NCBI RefSeq assembly: GCF_009914755.1
Contig: NC_060926.1
Source of the DNA: the human T2T-CHM13v2.0 reference genome, Homo sapiens
Direction: 5' to 3' (one strand)
Length of the DNA: 64,000 nt
This document shows positions 14,783 through 28,565 of the stretch, in pieces (position 1 is the first letter of the stretch; each line of letters starts with the position of its first letter). A program made the position numbers and the translations under genes. The notes under the pieces are model-generated. The model ran no database searches and was not told the origin of the DNA. It saw nothing but the letters and a program-made list of their open reading frames with translations.

Positions 14783-16409
14783 CTACAAAGAGGCAAGCTG
14801 GGACTGAAATCTCTCCCGAGTGTGGAAGACGGACGGGAGCAGCAGCCGGACAGCACAGCTCAAGGCCGAGAGGCTCACTGGGTGACTCGGGCCGCTTTGG
14901 GGTGGCTGTGAGAAGCGAAGGGAGGCTGACTCGGGGTGTGGTGGGGAGTGAAGCCACCACCTTATTGCCTAGGCCTTCCCTTGATGCACTTGGAAAATAA
15001 GTTGCTCTTTCTTCACCGGGTGGGGACATTAATTAATGTTTGCAAAAGTCTTTATGATCCTTGTCAAAAGGTGTTCGGCCGGCTCTAATTATCCAGGTTT
15101 CAGCTGCCACCGCTTCCATCTCAGCACAGCATCTCTGCCCTGGAAGATGTCAAACAAGATTGCTGTTGTCAGGATGTGCATCCGGCTCGTGTGGATTTCT
15201 ATCTGCATCTCCAAATACTGCCCAGATTCCAAAGCCCTGCAAGGGGATGGTATCTTGTTTGGGGAGATGAGACCTGTGCCCCGCCCAGCTCCACCCCGTA
15301 AGAAGGCAGCTGCCTGGGAGGTATAATTTGATAAGTTTCTGGAAGGACTCACACATCCAAAACCAACTCCCCATGTCTTCTCATGGGGGCCGGAAATTCC
15401 TCCACTAAAAATTCACTCCTTCACGGGTCTTCGATGCTTTCTCAAGTAGTCTAGGACACGGTGGTGGAGGGAGAACCAGCCCAGGAGCCAGGCAGCCTAG
15501 CCCTGGGTTTCCTCCTTGTGTGGGTGCTGGCTCTGCCCTTACCGGCCTGGTGACCTAGATAAACTCATTCTCTTTCTTTCTCATTTTTTCCACCTAAAAT
15601 GGCGACGCTAATGCCTGTCTCACGTGCTGTCGTGCAGATTAGATGAGATAATGGATGTGAACGCCAAGTGTTGCAGAGACGTAAGCGGCATTATCGTTAC
15701 TGAAATGTCCCAGCCAGATCATCCCCAGGAGGGATTAATGGCCCACCAGGACAGGTGGGCACCTGGGGTGGTCGGAAGAGCCAGGAGAACCACAGCAGGG
15801 AAAAAGACTTCAGGAAAGGAAAGGAGAGAGACCCCACCGCTGGCACAACCACAGAAGTTTTGGGGATGAGGAGGGGCTCTAGATATTTCCCCACTTCCCC
15901 AGACAGCCGTGTGCCCTTACAGGGGAACTGAAGCTGCCCACCCGGCTCAGGCCTGACCCCCCCAGGTACCTGCTGCCCCAGGTGTGCGGGAGGAGGGTGA
16001 TGGCAGACGGACACCCACCTGGTGAAAGAGCCAGTCAGAAAAATAACTGAGCGTGCCTGGGTGCATGCAGACACATCCCCAGGTAATTTAGACAAAAAGG
16101 CCCCGTGTTGGCACGAGTAGCCCATGGATGTCAGACCAGAGTAATTGCTTTCTTTGTCAGAATTTCCTGCATAATTTCCTCTCCTTTGTTTAGCTGAGAG
16201 AACCTGGCCTTGCATCTGGGAGTCTGCTTGCCAAACATGATTGGGTCCTTAGAGATGAAAGACACAGAGTGAGCTATTTTCCATAAACACACTGGCACAT
16301 GCGTTAATTACTGCAAGGAGAAAACCAGCCCCCATGTTTCACGTGGGAGGTGCGTGGTGCTGTGGGGGGAGCGACGGGTGGAGGGAGGACACCCTTCAGG
16401 ATCACAGTA

Positions 16410-16720
16410 GCTACTTCTCACCAGGACACTGCTGCCATCCAGCCTTTGTTCTGGGCATTTTGCGTTAAAAATCTCATTTAATCTTCACAACAGGCCTGTG
16501 AGGCAGAATCCAGGAATGGAAAGAACTCGGGTTTAGAAGCCAAACATTGCTGGATTTAGTTCTGTCCTCAGCCACTTACTGAGTGAACGGGGCAAGCTAC
16601 TTGCTTACTGGAGCTTCAGTTTTCCCGTCTGTTAAATGGAAATAATACTGGCTTCAGTGTGTTGTGAGAATTCCCTATAGTAATGACTGTGAAACAGCTG
16701 AAACCCTGCAGGCAGGTGGT
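16410..16720. mobile_element. MIR fragments
   Basis: atctcatttaatcttcacaac; cagccacttact..cttcagttttcccgtctgttaaatggaaataata. Confidence 0.7.
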
Positions 16721-18574
16721 AAATGATAGCTCTCGTGTTGCCCTTTATGGATAAGGATGCAAGAAGTTTAGGATGGTTGGCCAATGCCACACTGCTGGTC
16801 AGCAGCAGAGCTAGGTCCGTCTCCCTGCCAAAGGCAGGCATTTTGCTCAGAGGCCACCAAACCCATACCCTTGGTGGCCAACATGGCAGCGGCCGGATCG
16901 GAGTCTCCCCCCAGTACTTTGTAAGCCCATTGAGGGTAAGACTATGCATCAGATCTCTTGGCATCCTTGGTATCCTTGGCAGGTCTCTTGGTATCCTTGG
17001 CATCCTCTCTCACAGTGCCGTAAATGTTCCTTAAATGGATGAAAGCATTCAGGAGCACCTAGAATAGATTGAGCAGACAACCGCATAACAGGTGTCCACT
17101 GTGTGCATATAACTTCAGCCTCTTCTGCGTTGTTGGGACATGAAGTCCCTTCGCTTTGCATGGAAAATAGTCTAGGCACCCCCTGGCTGACTTGCCACGA
17201 TGCCTGTCCTCAGGACAGGAAGAAGGATGGGCCCAAGGAGGAGAATTGCGTCAGAGGTCAAGAAATGAACTCCAGCAGAAGTAGCACAAACAGGGAACCC
17301 ATAAGGAAGCTTGTGATGAACAAACATAGGGCAGATGAAGTGGAATATTGGATGGAAACACACCTTGAAAATGCACAGACCTGTGGCAAGGGAAGGGATC
17401 ACTGCTTAGATCAATAGCAGGGCCTTGGACCATGGCTAGGGGGATGCTTGTTAGTGCTTCCCTGGGCTGCAGGGAGCCACGGAAAACAGGCCAGGGCAGG
17501 AGACCGGCCAGTGACTCACACGGCGGAACACAGGTTTAGAGGAGCAAAATCTGAAGGGCCCCTCTCCTTCTCCCCACCTGTTTTCTGTCACGTGCTCTGG
17601 ACCTGAGCCCACAGTGGGGCAGCTCCCTCGGCCTCCAGTGGAAGGCGGAAGCACTTGACAAAAAGCCTCCAGTTAACCGGGGCAAGCAGCAGGGTGGGGC
17701 TCAGGCCTTCTGGCCAAGTCCTTGTCTCCCTCGAGTCTCCAGCTTTCTCCTGAGAGGCAAAGCCCTCGCCAGGCAGGCTTTAATAAGCAGTAGTGCCCTG
17801 CACCCCTGCCCAAGTCCCCGGACCCCATGCTGGCAGGCTACTGCAGCCCCTATCTTGCCTGGCACATGGCACATGGGGTGTCTTGGCATGTGGGGTGGTG
17901 CTGTATGCCTGTAGTCACAGACTGGCACTCACTGCAAGAGCTTCCAATGTGTGAGAGCTGAGGCTAGAGTTCCTTGCTGCCTGTGAAGATGGTGCTGTGA
18001 CCGGAGCAGGCCTCATAATGAGCCGGTGATTTCATCCCCTCCAGACAGAAGGCAAAGTCTGTGCCTTCTGGGCAAAACATTAGCTGACCCGTGACACTGC
18101 TCAGACCCCAGAGGCCTGGCTCCCGGCCTGCCGGGAGCAGTCACTCCAAACAGCTGCGGCTGTGAGGCCTTCAGAGAGTGGCTAATTAGGGTCTCACCTG
18201 GCCAGCTCCAATCTGCAACCACAAGCTCGAGGCCCAGCTGCCTCTCCCCAGTGCCTCTGGGGCTCCGCTGCCTCCCTCACAGATGGCGAGTGACTTCCTT
18301 GATCTGTATAAACAAGAATTCTGCCTTATTCAAACAGCAATGATAGATTGGAGGATCTACTATGTACAACACACTGTGCTTGCATCCAATGGTAGAGTTA
18401 GAAAAAAAAATGTGATGTCCTGTGATGTTAAGAAGTGAAGAACCCCATGGGGAGGTAGCAGAAAACATCCAACAGTGAGTGGCAACAGGTGTGCTGGTCA
18501 CCGAGGGCTTCTTGGGCAAGGTCATTCATGAACTGGGTCTTGCAGCACAGATGTGCTGGGAGTGGAAGAGGACA

Positions 18575-19560
18575 CAGTTAGATGCCACTTTATCCTCACT
18601 ATAGTGGCACAAATGGAGAAGGCTGATGATGCTGTGTGCTGGGGAAGAGGTGGGTGTGTAGGTTGTCTACCTGTTGGCCGTGGGAGTGTAAATGAGTCAC
18701 CCACTCAGGAAAATAGCTGAACAACCCCCAGGGGTACATTCCTGTACACCACCACCCAGCAATTCCACTCGTAGGTATACACTTCAGAAAACTCTTACAC
18801 AAAAATATTCACAGCAGGACTGTTCAAACGCCCACCAACAGAAGAATGGATAAACAGGTGTGTTCACACCATGGAGTATCAGACAGCGTCCAAAGAGAGG
18901 AATTACGGCCACCCTAGCAATATGGACAATGCTTATCAACTTACTACTAAGTGAGAAAAGTAAGTCCCAAAAGAGTACAAACAGCATGACACCCTCTCAA
19001 AGAAGGCAAAGAGATGTCAAATATAATATACACATTTTAGGACTCCAAGGAATAGGTAAGATGAGAGGACAGGATAGGAAAATAGGCCAGGAGCTGTGGC
19101 TCATGCCTGGAATCCCAGCACTTAGGGAGGCCGAGGCAGTTAGATCACTTGAGCCCAGGAGTTCAAGACCACCCTGGACAATATAGCGAAACCTCGTCTC
19201 TACAAAAAATACAAAAATTAGCCAGGTGTGCTGGCATGTGCCTGAAGTCCCAGCTACTTAGGAGGCTGAAGCGAGAGGATTGCTTGAGCCTGGAAGGTCA
19301 AGGCTGCAGTGAGCTGTGATCGTGCCACTGCACTCCAGCCTGGGTAATAGAGAAAGATCCTGTCTCAAAAAAAAAAGGAAAACACAGAAAGGAGGCACAC
19401 AGGATTCGGGGTGACAGCTATCTTGGGATAGCTCCCTGCAGCCCAGGGAAGCACTAGGGAGGGAATGGGATGGGGTAGGCCACACAGCTGATGTCAGCTC
19501 TTGCTAAGGCCCAGCTTTCAGGCTGGGTGGTGGTTTCACAGGTGACTATTCTGTTACTTT
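18575..19560 (+). mobile_element. L1ME-class 3' fragment interrupted by an AluJ
   Basis: cccagcaattccactcgtaggtatac, aaaaatattcacagcag, gaatggataaaca. Confidence 0.7.
19085..19377 (+). mobile_element. AluJ
   Basis: gatcacttgagcccaggagttcaagacc; ggtcaaggctgcagtgagc. Confidence 0.95.
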
Positions 19561-21248
19561 AAAATGTGATCTATTAGCACAGCTAGGGACGTAGGACTAT
19601 GCCTGTAATAGCAAAAGTAATAAAATGCATCAAAGCCCAGGATTATAATTTCACCAGTTTTGTACCTGCCGTCTGTTAGGCTTTTTCCAGTCGGAGAGCA
19701 TTCCTTGAAGGGGAAGGGCATGAGCAAAGGGAATGAGTCTGGTTGGACAGGGGACAACAGGGGAGCCGGACTCCTGGTACAGAGGGTGACCTGGGGGGGA
19801 CCTGGGGTGGACCTGCATGCGAGGGGGACCTATGCTTTCTAGTGGCTCTGGTCAGCAGGTCAGGTGTGGGTGCTTGGAACCTGTCGAGCGCCGAAGGCCC
19901 AGCCCTGCGGTCTCGTGACCTTGCCCCTGCCCTCCCAGAGCAGAGTGCTCTGTGGCTCCATCCCCTGCAGAGAGCACAGGCTGGGTGAGAGTTGGGGCGC
20001 CGGGGTTGGGACTGCAGGTGGCACTGTCAGACAGGGTGGGACACAGGGGACTTGCCTTCTCTTGCAGTAATTTACCCACCCATAAGTGGGTACCTCTAAT
20101 TCGGGTACCTCTGAATTGAGATACCTTTCACTAGAACAACTTAAACATTCCAGAACCAGGACAGATCCTATCAGGCCTGAGATTCTACTAGGTTCTAGAA
20201 TATCTGCCGATTGTGAAGAAGGTGGAGGCTTGGATTCACAGTCACCAGGTAGTGTTCTGTCCACACACACCCCCCCACCGACCCCCATCTCCAGGCATCT
20301 GCCCTGATGGCCTCCAGGGCCCCTTCTGTGCCTGCAGAGATGGCGGCCTGCTCTCTAGGTCAGGCCAGGTTCCCGGGAGCCGAGGTCTGGCTGTTATTCC
20401 AGGAGTGCCCAGCCCCAGAGCTGCCACCTCAGGCCCCTGGAAGTTCTGCAGCCTGAGCTGCCGTCCTCAGACCACTCTGCCTCTGAGCGTGCAAGAGGCT
20501 CAGGGCCTTTCCAGGCCTCCCAGAGCCAGGCAGCAGCAGGGAGCCAAGAGCAGCCTGTGGCTCCACTGTGGCAAAGGACAGCCTATTTAGGCTGAGAGTG
20601 GGCCTGAGAGATCACAAATCTTTTTTCTTTGCCCAGAACTTTTAATTTAACCCTGACTTAAAAGGGTGTTCAGGGAGCATCATGCTAGAAATCCCAAATA
20701 CGATGAAAGAATCCCACAACAGAGGTGAACAGAGGCCTGTTCCCAGGTTCATCCCGGGAAGGTAGCAAGACAGCGCCCCCTTTGCCCAGCTCAGTGAAGG
20801 GCCGGGGCAGCTGATGTGGCCTGCGCACAGGGTGAGGCAGCAAGGGTAAGAGCTTCCAGAACTCCAGGGAAGGCAGCGGAAGAGGGAAACGTTCACAGAG
20901 CACCAAGAGGGGCGCAAGGGAGCTCAACTCTACTGCCAGAACCTGCAGTCAGGGGTGAGGAGGCCACAGCTGAGGCCTGCAGGGGTAGAGAATGTCTCAG
21001 CACACCATGGGCCCCCCACCAGTACACACTCATCCCCCTCTCCCTGAAAACATCCCCCACCCCGGGGGCCTGGCCCTCAGCAAGTTTTCTGGGACTCAGC
21101 TGTAGCCGTGGGAAAGGAGGCTAGAGGCATCCACAGGGAGGTCCAGGAAGAAGGCCTGACTCATTTGAGGTCAACCTCCTGCCACCTAATGGAATGGGGA
21201 CCAAAGTCGGCATTTAGACCAGTTCAGTAAGAAAAATGAAGGAGAGCT

Positions 21249-21546
21249 CGCTGGGCACGGTGGCTCACACCTGTAACCCCAGCACTTTGGGAGGCCAAGG
21301 CGGGTGGATCATCTGAGGTCAGGAATTTAAGACCAACAGGGTGAAACCCCGTCTCTACTAAAACTAGCCAGGTGTGGCGGCACACACCTGTAATCCCAGC
21401 TACTCGGGAGGCTGAGGCAGGAGAATTGCTTGAACCCTGGAGGCAGAGGTTGCAGTGAGCCACTGCACTCCAGCCCGGGCAACAGAGTAAGACTCTGCCT
21501 CAAAATAATAATAATAATAATAACAATAATTTAAAAATAAAAAAAA
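21249..21546 (+). mobile_element. AluS with internal deletions
   Basis: Dimer lacking short internal segments; (TAA)n tail. Confidence 0.9.
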
Positions 21547-22419
21547 GTGAAGGAAGGCAGCACGATGGCACAGTGCGTGGGCTCTGGGGCTGGCCAGCCT
21601 GAGTTTGTACCATGGCTCCTCCATCTAGGAGCTGGTGGCTTTGGGCAAGCTTCTGAATCTCCCTGTGCCATTTTCTCATCCACAAAGTGGTATACTACTA
21701 GCACCAGCCTGTGTAGCTTAAGTGGGTATTATGCAAAATATTGAGAATAAGTCCTGGTAGAAGAGTAGGTGCTGCACTTTTATCTGTGTGATTGTTATTC
21801 CTTGCTCATAAGAGTTTGAGGACAGAGGTTTGCACCAACCACACTACCATCTCCCTTCTCTGCCTCTCTACCCATCACGCAGCTGTGAGGACTGCAGCCC
21901 AGGGAGGTGAGTGGCAGTGCCCACGCCACTGCCTGGTCTTTTTCCTGGCTCAGCTTCTCCCACTCATGCCTGGAGCCATCTCACCCTCCACACACGCACC
22001 CTCATCTCTGCCGCTCTCCCTCCGGATCAGCTGAGAACGCTGAGTCATCGAGTACCCCCCACCCCTCCGAGCCTGCAATGTGTCAACAGCCAGCCCACCC
22101 GGGCTCAGCTCCCAGCCGCCTGAGTCAGCCCTGACTGAGCCTCTCCCCGGATCCTGTCTCACCGGCCTTCCCCTCCAGCTCCAGGCCCTGCTCTTCAGGT
22201 GGCTCAGCTCTTGACCAACCTTAACCCTCCAGAGTCATCACCCCATCATCTTTCCTCCGCTTTTTGTTCGAACCTCTTAAAAGTCTACGCTCTGGTCTAC
22301 ACCTCCAGCTTCTCTTATTTGTGACTCAGTTGCCTGCAATCTGAACTGTGCTCCACCCCGCCACGCCCCACTCCCTGAAACAGTCCTGCTTGCAGTCCTC
22401 TTTCCTCCTGTCACGGCTG

Positions 22420-23035
22420 CGTGCAGCTCTCTGGGTAACGGGCGATTGCACGAGGTTCCGTGGTCTCTCTTGCTTTCCTCCCACATCTTAGACTGTCTTC
22501 TAAGTCTCCCACTTCTTTCATTTGCCCCCTCCTTAGGGAAGGGTCTGTCTTTGGCCCTCTCTCCTTCCCCTCCTCACTCTCCTGGGATAATTCAAACGTC
22601 AACTGACTGAACCTCCACACATTTGCTGATGGCTCCCAGGATGCATCTCAGGATGAGACGTCCCCTCTAAGATCCAGCTCCCTTTTGGAGGTCACCACCT
22701 CGTGGCCTGCAGTCACCCTGAAACTTGAATGTCAAAAATAGAAATAATCATCTTTCCCCCAAATTTGCAACTTTCTCCCATTTCCTTACTCAGAAGGCCC
22801 CCCCAGCATCCTATCCCGTGTGGGATTCACTCTTGCTTTCTACCCCCCTCCACATTACTGAATCTATCCCCAAGTCCTGCTGATTTTACTTCCTAAACAA
22901 TTATTCTCTTCATTCTTACTGTTACCCTAGTTTGGGCCTTAACATCTGTAGCTATTATGGTTCAAATCATGTCCATTTCTCCATATTTTCCTCAAACTTA
23001 CCCTCCCCTCTGTAGCCAGAATGTTCTTCCTACAG
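22420..23035. mobile_element. L2 fragment
   Basis: ccacacatttgctgatggctccc..aaacttgaatgtcaaaaatagaaataatcatctttcccc..aagtcctgctgattttacttcctaaa. Confidence 0.65.
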
Positions 23036-23116
23036 CCCAGGCGTAAGCCACGCCACTCCCCTCCCCCTACCCAGGAGAACCGTGAGCTTCTGTGCAAGAT
23101 GAGAGGCCCACATGGC

Positions 23117-23266
23117 CTTCCCATCCTCCCTGCATCATCTTCCCATCCTCCCTGCATCCTTCCCATCCTCCCTGCATCCTTCCCATCCTCCCTGCATCCT
23201 TCCCATCCTCCCTGCATCCTTCCCATCCTCCCTGCATCCTTCCCATCCTCCCTGCATCATCTTCCC
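23117..23266. repeat. 20-bp minisatellite (CTTCCCATCCTCCCTGCATC) x 7
   Basis: Seven identical units; the first and last are followed by an extra AT. Confidence 0.97.
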
Positions 23267-24530
23267 GCCCCGCCTCCCTAGAGGGAAGAGCTCCAGTGAC
23301 TGCTCCTAAGCTCACCCGCCCCACTGGCCCTTTCTCATCTCCCTGCCTGGCCTGGGGCTGTGTCCCTGGGGGATGGAGGAGTTTTCCTGTGCTAGCTCAC
23401 TCCACCCAACACCCAGACCCCGAGGCTCAGCCTCCAGCCTGGCCCGGGCCCCACCTCCTCAGGGCACACTTCTTGGCCCCCCTGGTTGGTTGGGGTGAGT
23501 GAAGCCCCAGGGCCCCAGCCCTAATCCCTGGAGGAATCTCTATCCCCTTACTCTCCTTCCGTCTCGATGTCCATTTCCCTCAATAGATTCGGACTGGACC
23601 TAGTCTTTCTAGACTGGGGCCCCACAAGACCTAGCTCAGCCAGTGTTTGCCAGATAAAAGGATGAATGACTATGAGGTTCCTTCCAGCTCTGAGCGTGTT
23701 TGTCCTTTGTTGACTTTAGAAATCGTTAAAACTTTAAACTTGAAAGAAAGTAGGAGAGAAGTAAAGAAGGAGGAAGAATGAAGCCTGCACCAGAACCCAT
23801 GCTCTGTAATTCTCAGCACTTCTCTCAGAGAGCTCCATTCTAAGCGGAGTGTGGTGAACACAGCTCCTCCTCTAGGGGTGGTCAGGGGCCAAGGTAGACC
23901 CTGCTGAGGGCTAAAAACAGTGAACTAAGAATCAAGTTCCCCTACTGGCCTTCCCATACAGCTTCAGGAAACAGGTTCGATTATCTTGGCATCTATTTCC
24001 CAGGTATAAAACAGAAGTCACATTTCCATTTTGCGATTTATTGAGCAGATACTTCCCATAGGTATGTGTGCTGCATATCCAATATGTCAGAAAGCAAAAC
24101 ACAAAAAACATTAAAAATAAGAAAGCAGAACTGCAGATTTATTCTAGCAGTGGAGCAAAGATAAATTTCTGGCTCTTGAAAAATTGAGCTTGTCATCAGA
24201 CAAAATAGTTGGGTCTGAATAAATAAATGTTTATGCAACAAAATATAGCAAAAGATGTATTAAAGGAAAACAACAGAATTGAGAAAAATATATCACCAAT
24301 CTAACTGCAAATGATTAAAATTGGTAGAAATGTATAATGTGCAGGTCTAGATGCCTTTCCAGGAAGTGAGCAAAGGATGAGTTCAACTGGTTTGCTCAGG
24401 AGCCATTGTCACAGCCCAAGGGAGCCACAGTGTGGCCTAGAGTGAGCCCAGCTTCAGTAATAATTCAGAGTCCACACACCCAACTTGCTTGATGAGCCTG
24501 TGCCTCTCCCTTCTTATGGAAAATGGATAT

Positions 24531-24884
24531 TTATATGGTTTGGCTGTGTCCCCACCCAAATCTCATCTTCAATTTCCACGTGTTGTGGGAGGGACCCAGT
24601 GGTAATTGAATCATGGGGGCGGGGCTTTCTCGTGCTGTTCTTGTGATAGTGAATAAGTCTCACGAGATCTGATGGCTTTAAAAAGAGCAGTTCCCCTGCA
24701 CAAGCTCTCTCTCTTTGCCTGCTGCCATCCATGTTGAGATGTGACTTGCTCCTCCTTGCCTTCTGCCATGATTGTGAGGCTTCCCCAGTCACGTCGAACT
24801 GTAAGTCCAATTAAGCCTGTTTCCTTTGTAAATTGCCCAGTCTGAGGCATGACTTTATCAGCAGTGTGAAAACAGACTAATATA
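24531..24884 (+). mobile_element. THE1 (THE1C-like) solo LTR, ERVL-MaLR
   Basis: atatggtttggctgtgtccccacccaaatctcatc...aaacagactaata, with 5-bp TSD gatat at 24526-30 and 24885-89. Confidence 0.93.
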
Positions 24885-24959
24885 GATATGATTACATCCA
24901 CTTTGCAGGATTCTCATGAGGACAAATTAGAGCACCTGTCACTATAGCCAGCACTCAAG

Positions 24960-25705
<746 letters not shown>

Positions 25706-26792
25706 GGAGCCCAGAAATTCTGATTCCAAATTCTGACTGTATCTATTGCAGAAGCATATCATACACAAATATATCTACATAATACTTTCCAATCATCCCT
25801 CTTAAACATTTTCTGTAAAACACACCTAAATCCCTTTTGGTTATATTACTTTGGGATTCTGTTTTGTGCGACTGCTTCAAGATCTTAATTTCTTCTTCCT
25901 ACTTTTCATTCTCCTTTCTGTACTGTTCAGTACTGCCTTGTCCCAAGGAAGGAGGAAATCTTTGCTGGGGACTTCCATGTCCTAGGCCCTGCATCAGGTC
26001 TTTGCCTTGTGTTCTCCCATTTCATCTTCACAATGGCCCTGTGGAGCAAGTAGTATTTTTCTCATTTTATAAACGTAGAAACTGAGACTCAGCTTACTGG
26101 CATAGCTTGACCATTGTGATATAAGAGGTGGTTTTTCTTAGAGAATAAAGCATTCTTTTAGGCTTTATCTCTTAGACTAAGACCATTTTGAATCCATCTG
26201 AGTGAAAACCTTTTATTACAGTAAAAATGGCAAACTCTTTCATTCTCTTAGAGAAGAATTGGTCACTTACATGGTCTCGGTTCTGAGAAAGTAAGATGCT
26301 AACAGTCTCGATAAAGGGCTAATCTTAATTAATTGATTTTTTTCTGTTTTAATCCCACAGCTTATAAATAACATTAGCGGTGGCTTGGATTTATTGTTGT
26401 GGCCTCCGGAAGAACTTGGGCACAGTGTAACTTCCTGGGGCCCGAGGTTGTTAATCGGTGAATTGTTCATGAAGGACAGTGCTCACTGTGAAGGTGGGTG
26501 TCCTGGGATGCTCTGCCTGGCCCGCGGGAGACAAGGCTATGGTCTGACATCCCTCAGCCTGTCCTCATTGTCCTGGCTCTGAGAAGAAGCTACAAAACAC
26601 AGTAGAAGAAAAAGAAAACAGTCTTTTAAAGACTTGTAATGAGTTGTTAATGATAAAAGTAACACATGCCAACTGGAAAAATGTGAATTTTTTATCTCAG
26701 CCAAAAGTATAAAGATACTTCGATTTCTTTAAAAACTTATGGAAATCTGTTGTTGTATGCATAGATTGTTGAATACATCTCTGCTTATTTAA

Positions 26793-27146
<354 letters not shown>

Positions 27147-27402
27147 CAGAAACGTGTTTAAGGCTCTTAAAAATTATTAGAAAATATTGCTAACTTTTCT
27201 TCCAGAAAGGTTTTACCAATGCATGCTTTCATCAGCAATGTGTAGGAAGTATTTCATTGCAGCCTCAGCAATACTGCATATATTCATTTCAAAAACATAG
27301 CCAGCTTGCAAAAAAATGTATTTGGTGGTAGCATTTCATTAATAATGAAGTCACAGTTTTTCTATGTACTGATTTCTGGCTTCTATGATTCTATTTACTT
27401 GA

Positions 27403-27762
<360 letters not shown>

Positions 27763-27978
27763 AACTTTGTAAGTTCTTTACTCATTTTTCTTACAGAGGG
27801 TTAATATTTTTCTTGTTGATTTTTATGAACTCTTTATATATTGAAGATGTTAACTCCTTAAACACACACACACAGAGAAGAAAAGATAGAAAGAGGGTCA
27901 TAGAGTGGGCAGATATTGGTAGGAGGGTAGACAGCAACTTTGATGTGTACGTTAGCTTCACACTCAGGGTTTGTAATG

Positions 27979-27984
<6 letters not shown>

Positions 27985-28009
<25 letters not shown>

Positions 28010-28292
28010 GAGACTGAGTCTCACTCTGTGTCGCCTGGCTGGAGTGCTGTGGCACAATCTCAGCTCACCGCAACCTCTGCCTCCCAGCTTCCAGCGATTC
28101 TCCTGCCTCAGCCTCCTGAGTAGCTGGGATTACAGGTGTGCGCCACCATGCCCAGCTAATTTTTGTATTTTTAGTAGAGACAGGGTTTCACCACATTGGT
28201 CAGGCTGGTCTCGAACTCCTGATCTCAGGTGATCCACCTGCCTTGGCCTCCTAAAGTGCTGGGATTACAGGCGTTAGCCACCACGCCCGGCC
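27985..28292 (-). mobile_element. AluSx-like
   Basis: TSD tgtaatgcagttctt at 27972 and 28293. Confidence 0.95.
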
Positions 28293-28309
28293 TGTAATGC
28301 AGTTCTTAA

Positions 28310-28565
28310 CTGGTGACTCTGGGAGCTGGGCTGTGTTATCTCATCTCCAGTATGTGACAGCCGAGGTCATGGTGGAGGGAGGAGAAAGAACACTCAGGAC
28401 ATGACGCCCAGGCCTGGACGTGGCATGCATTACTTCCATCTACATTCTATTCACCAGACCCCAGGCCGATTGTCCCAGTCTAACGGTGCAGAAGGCTGAG
28501 AAACATGACCTTGTGTGCAAAGGAAGGAAAAAGGGAACTGTGAGCCCCTGTTCATTTTCTGCCAC
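28310..28565 (-). mobile_element. Old MLT1 (J/K/L-like) LTR fragment
   Basis: ggcctggacgtggcatgcattacttccatctacattctatt..gcagaaggctgagaaac..tctgccac. Confidence 0.55.

Noticed and set aside
23117-23266. Regular short repeats as a CRISPR-like array
   Set aside because: Units are head-to-tail with no unique spacers, the context is eukaryotic and there are no cas genes.
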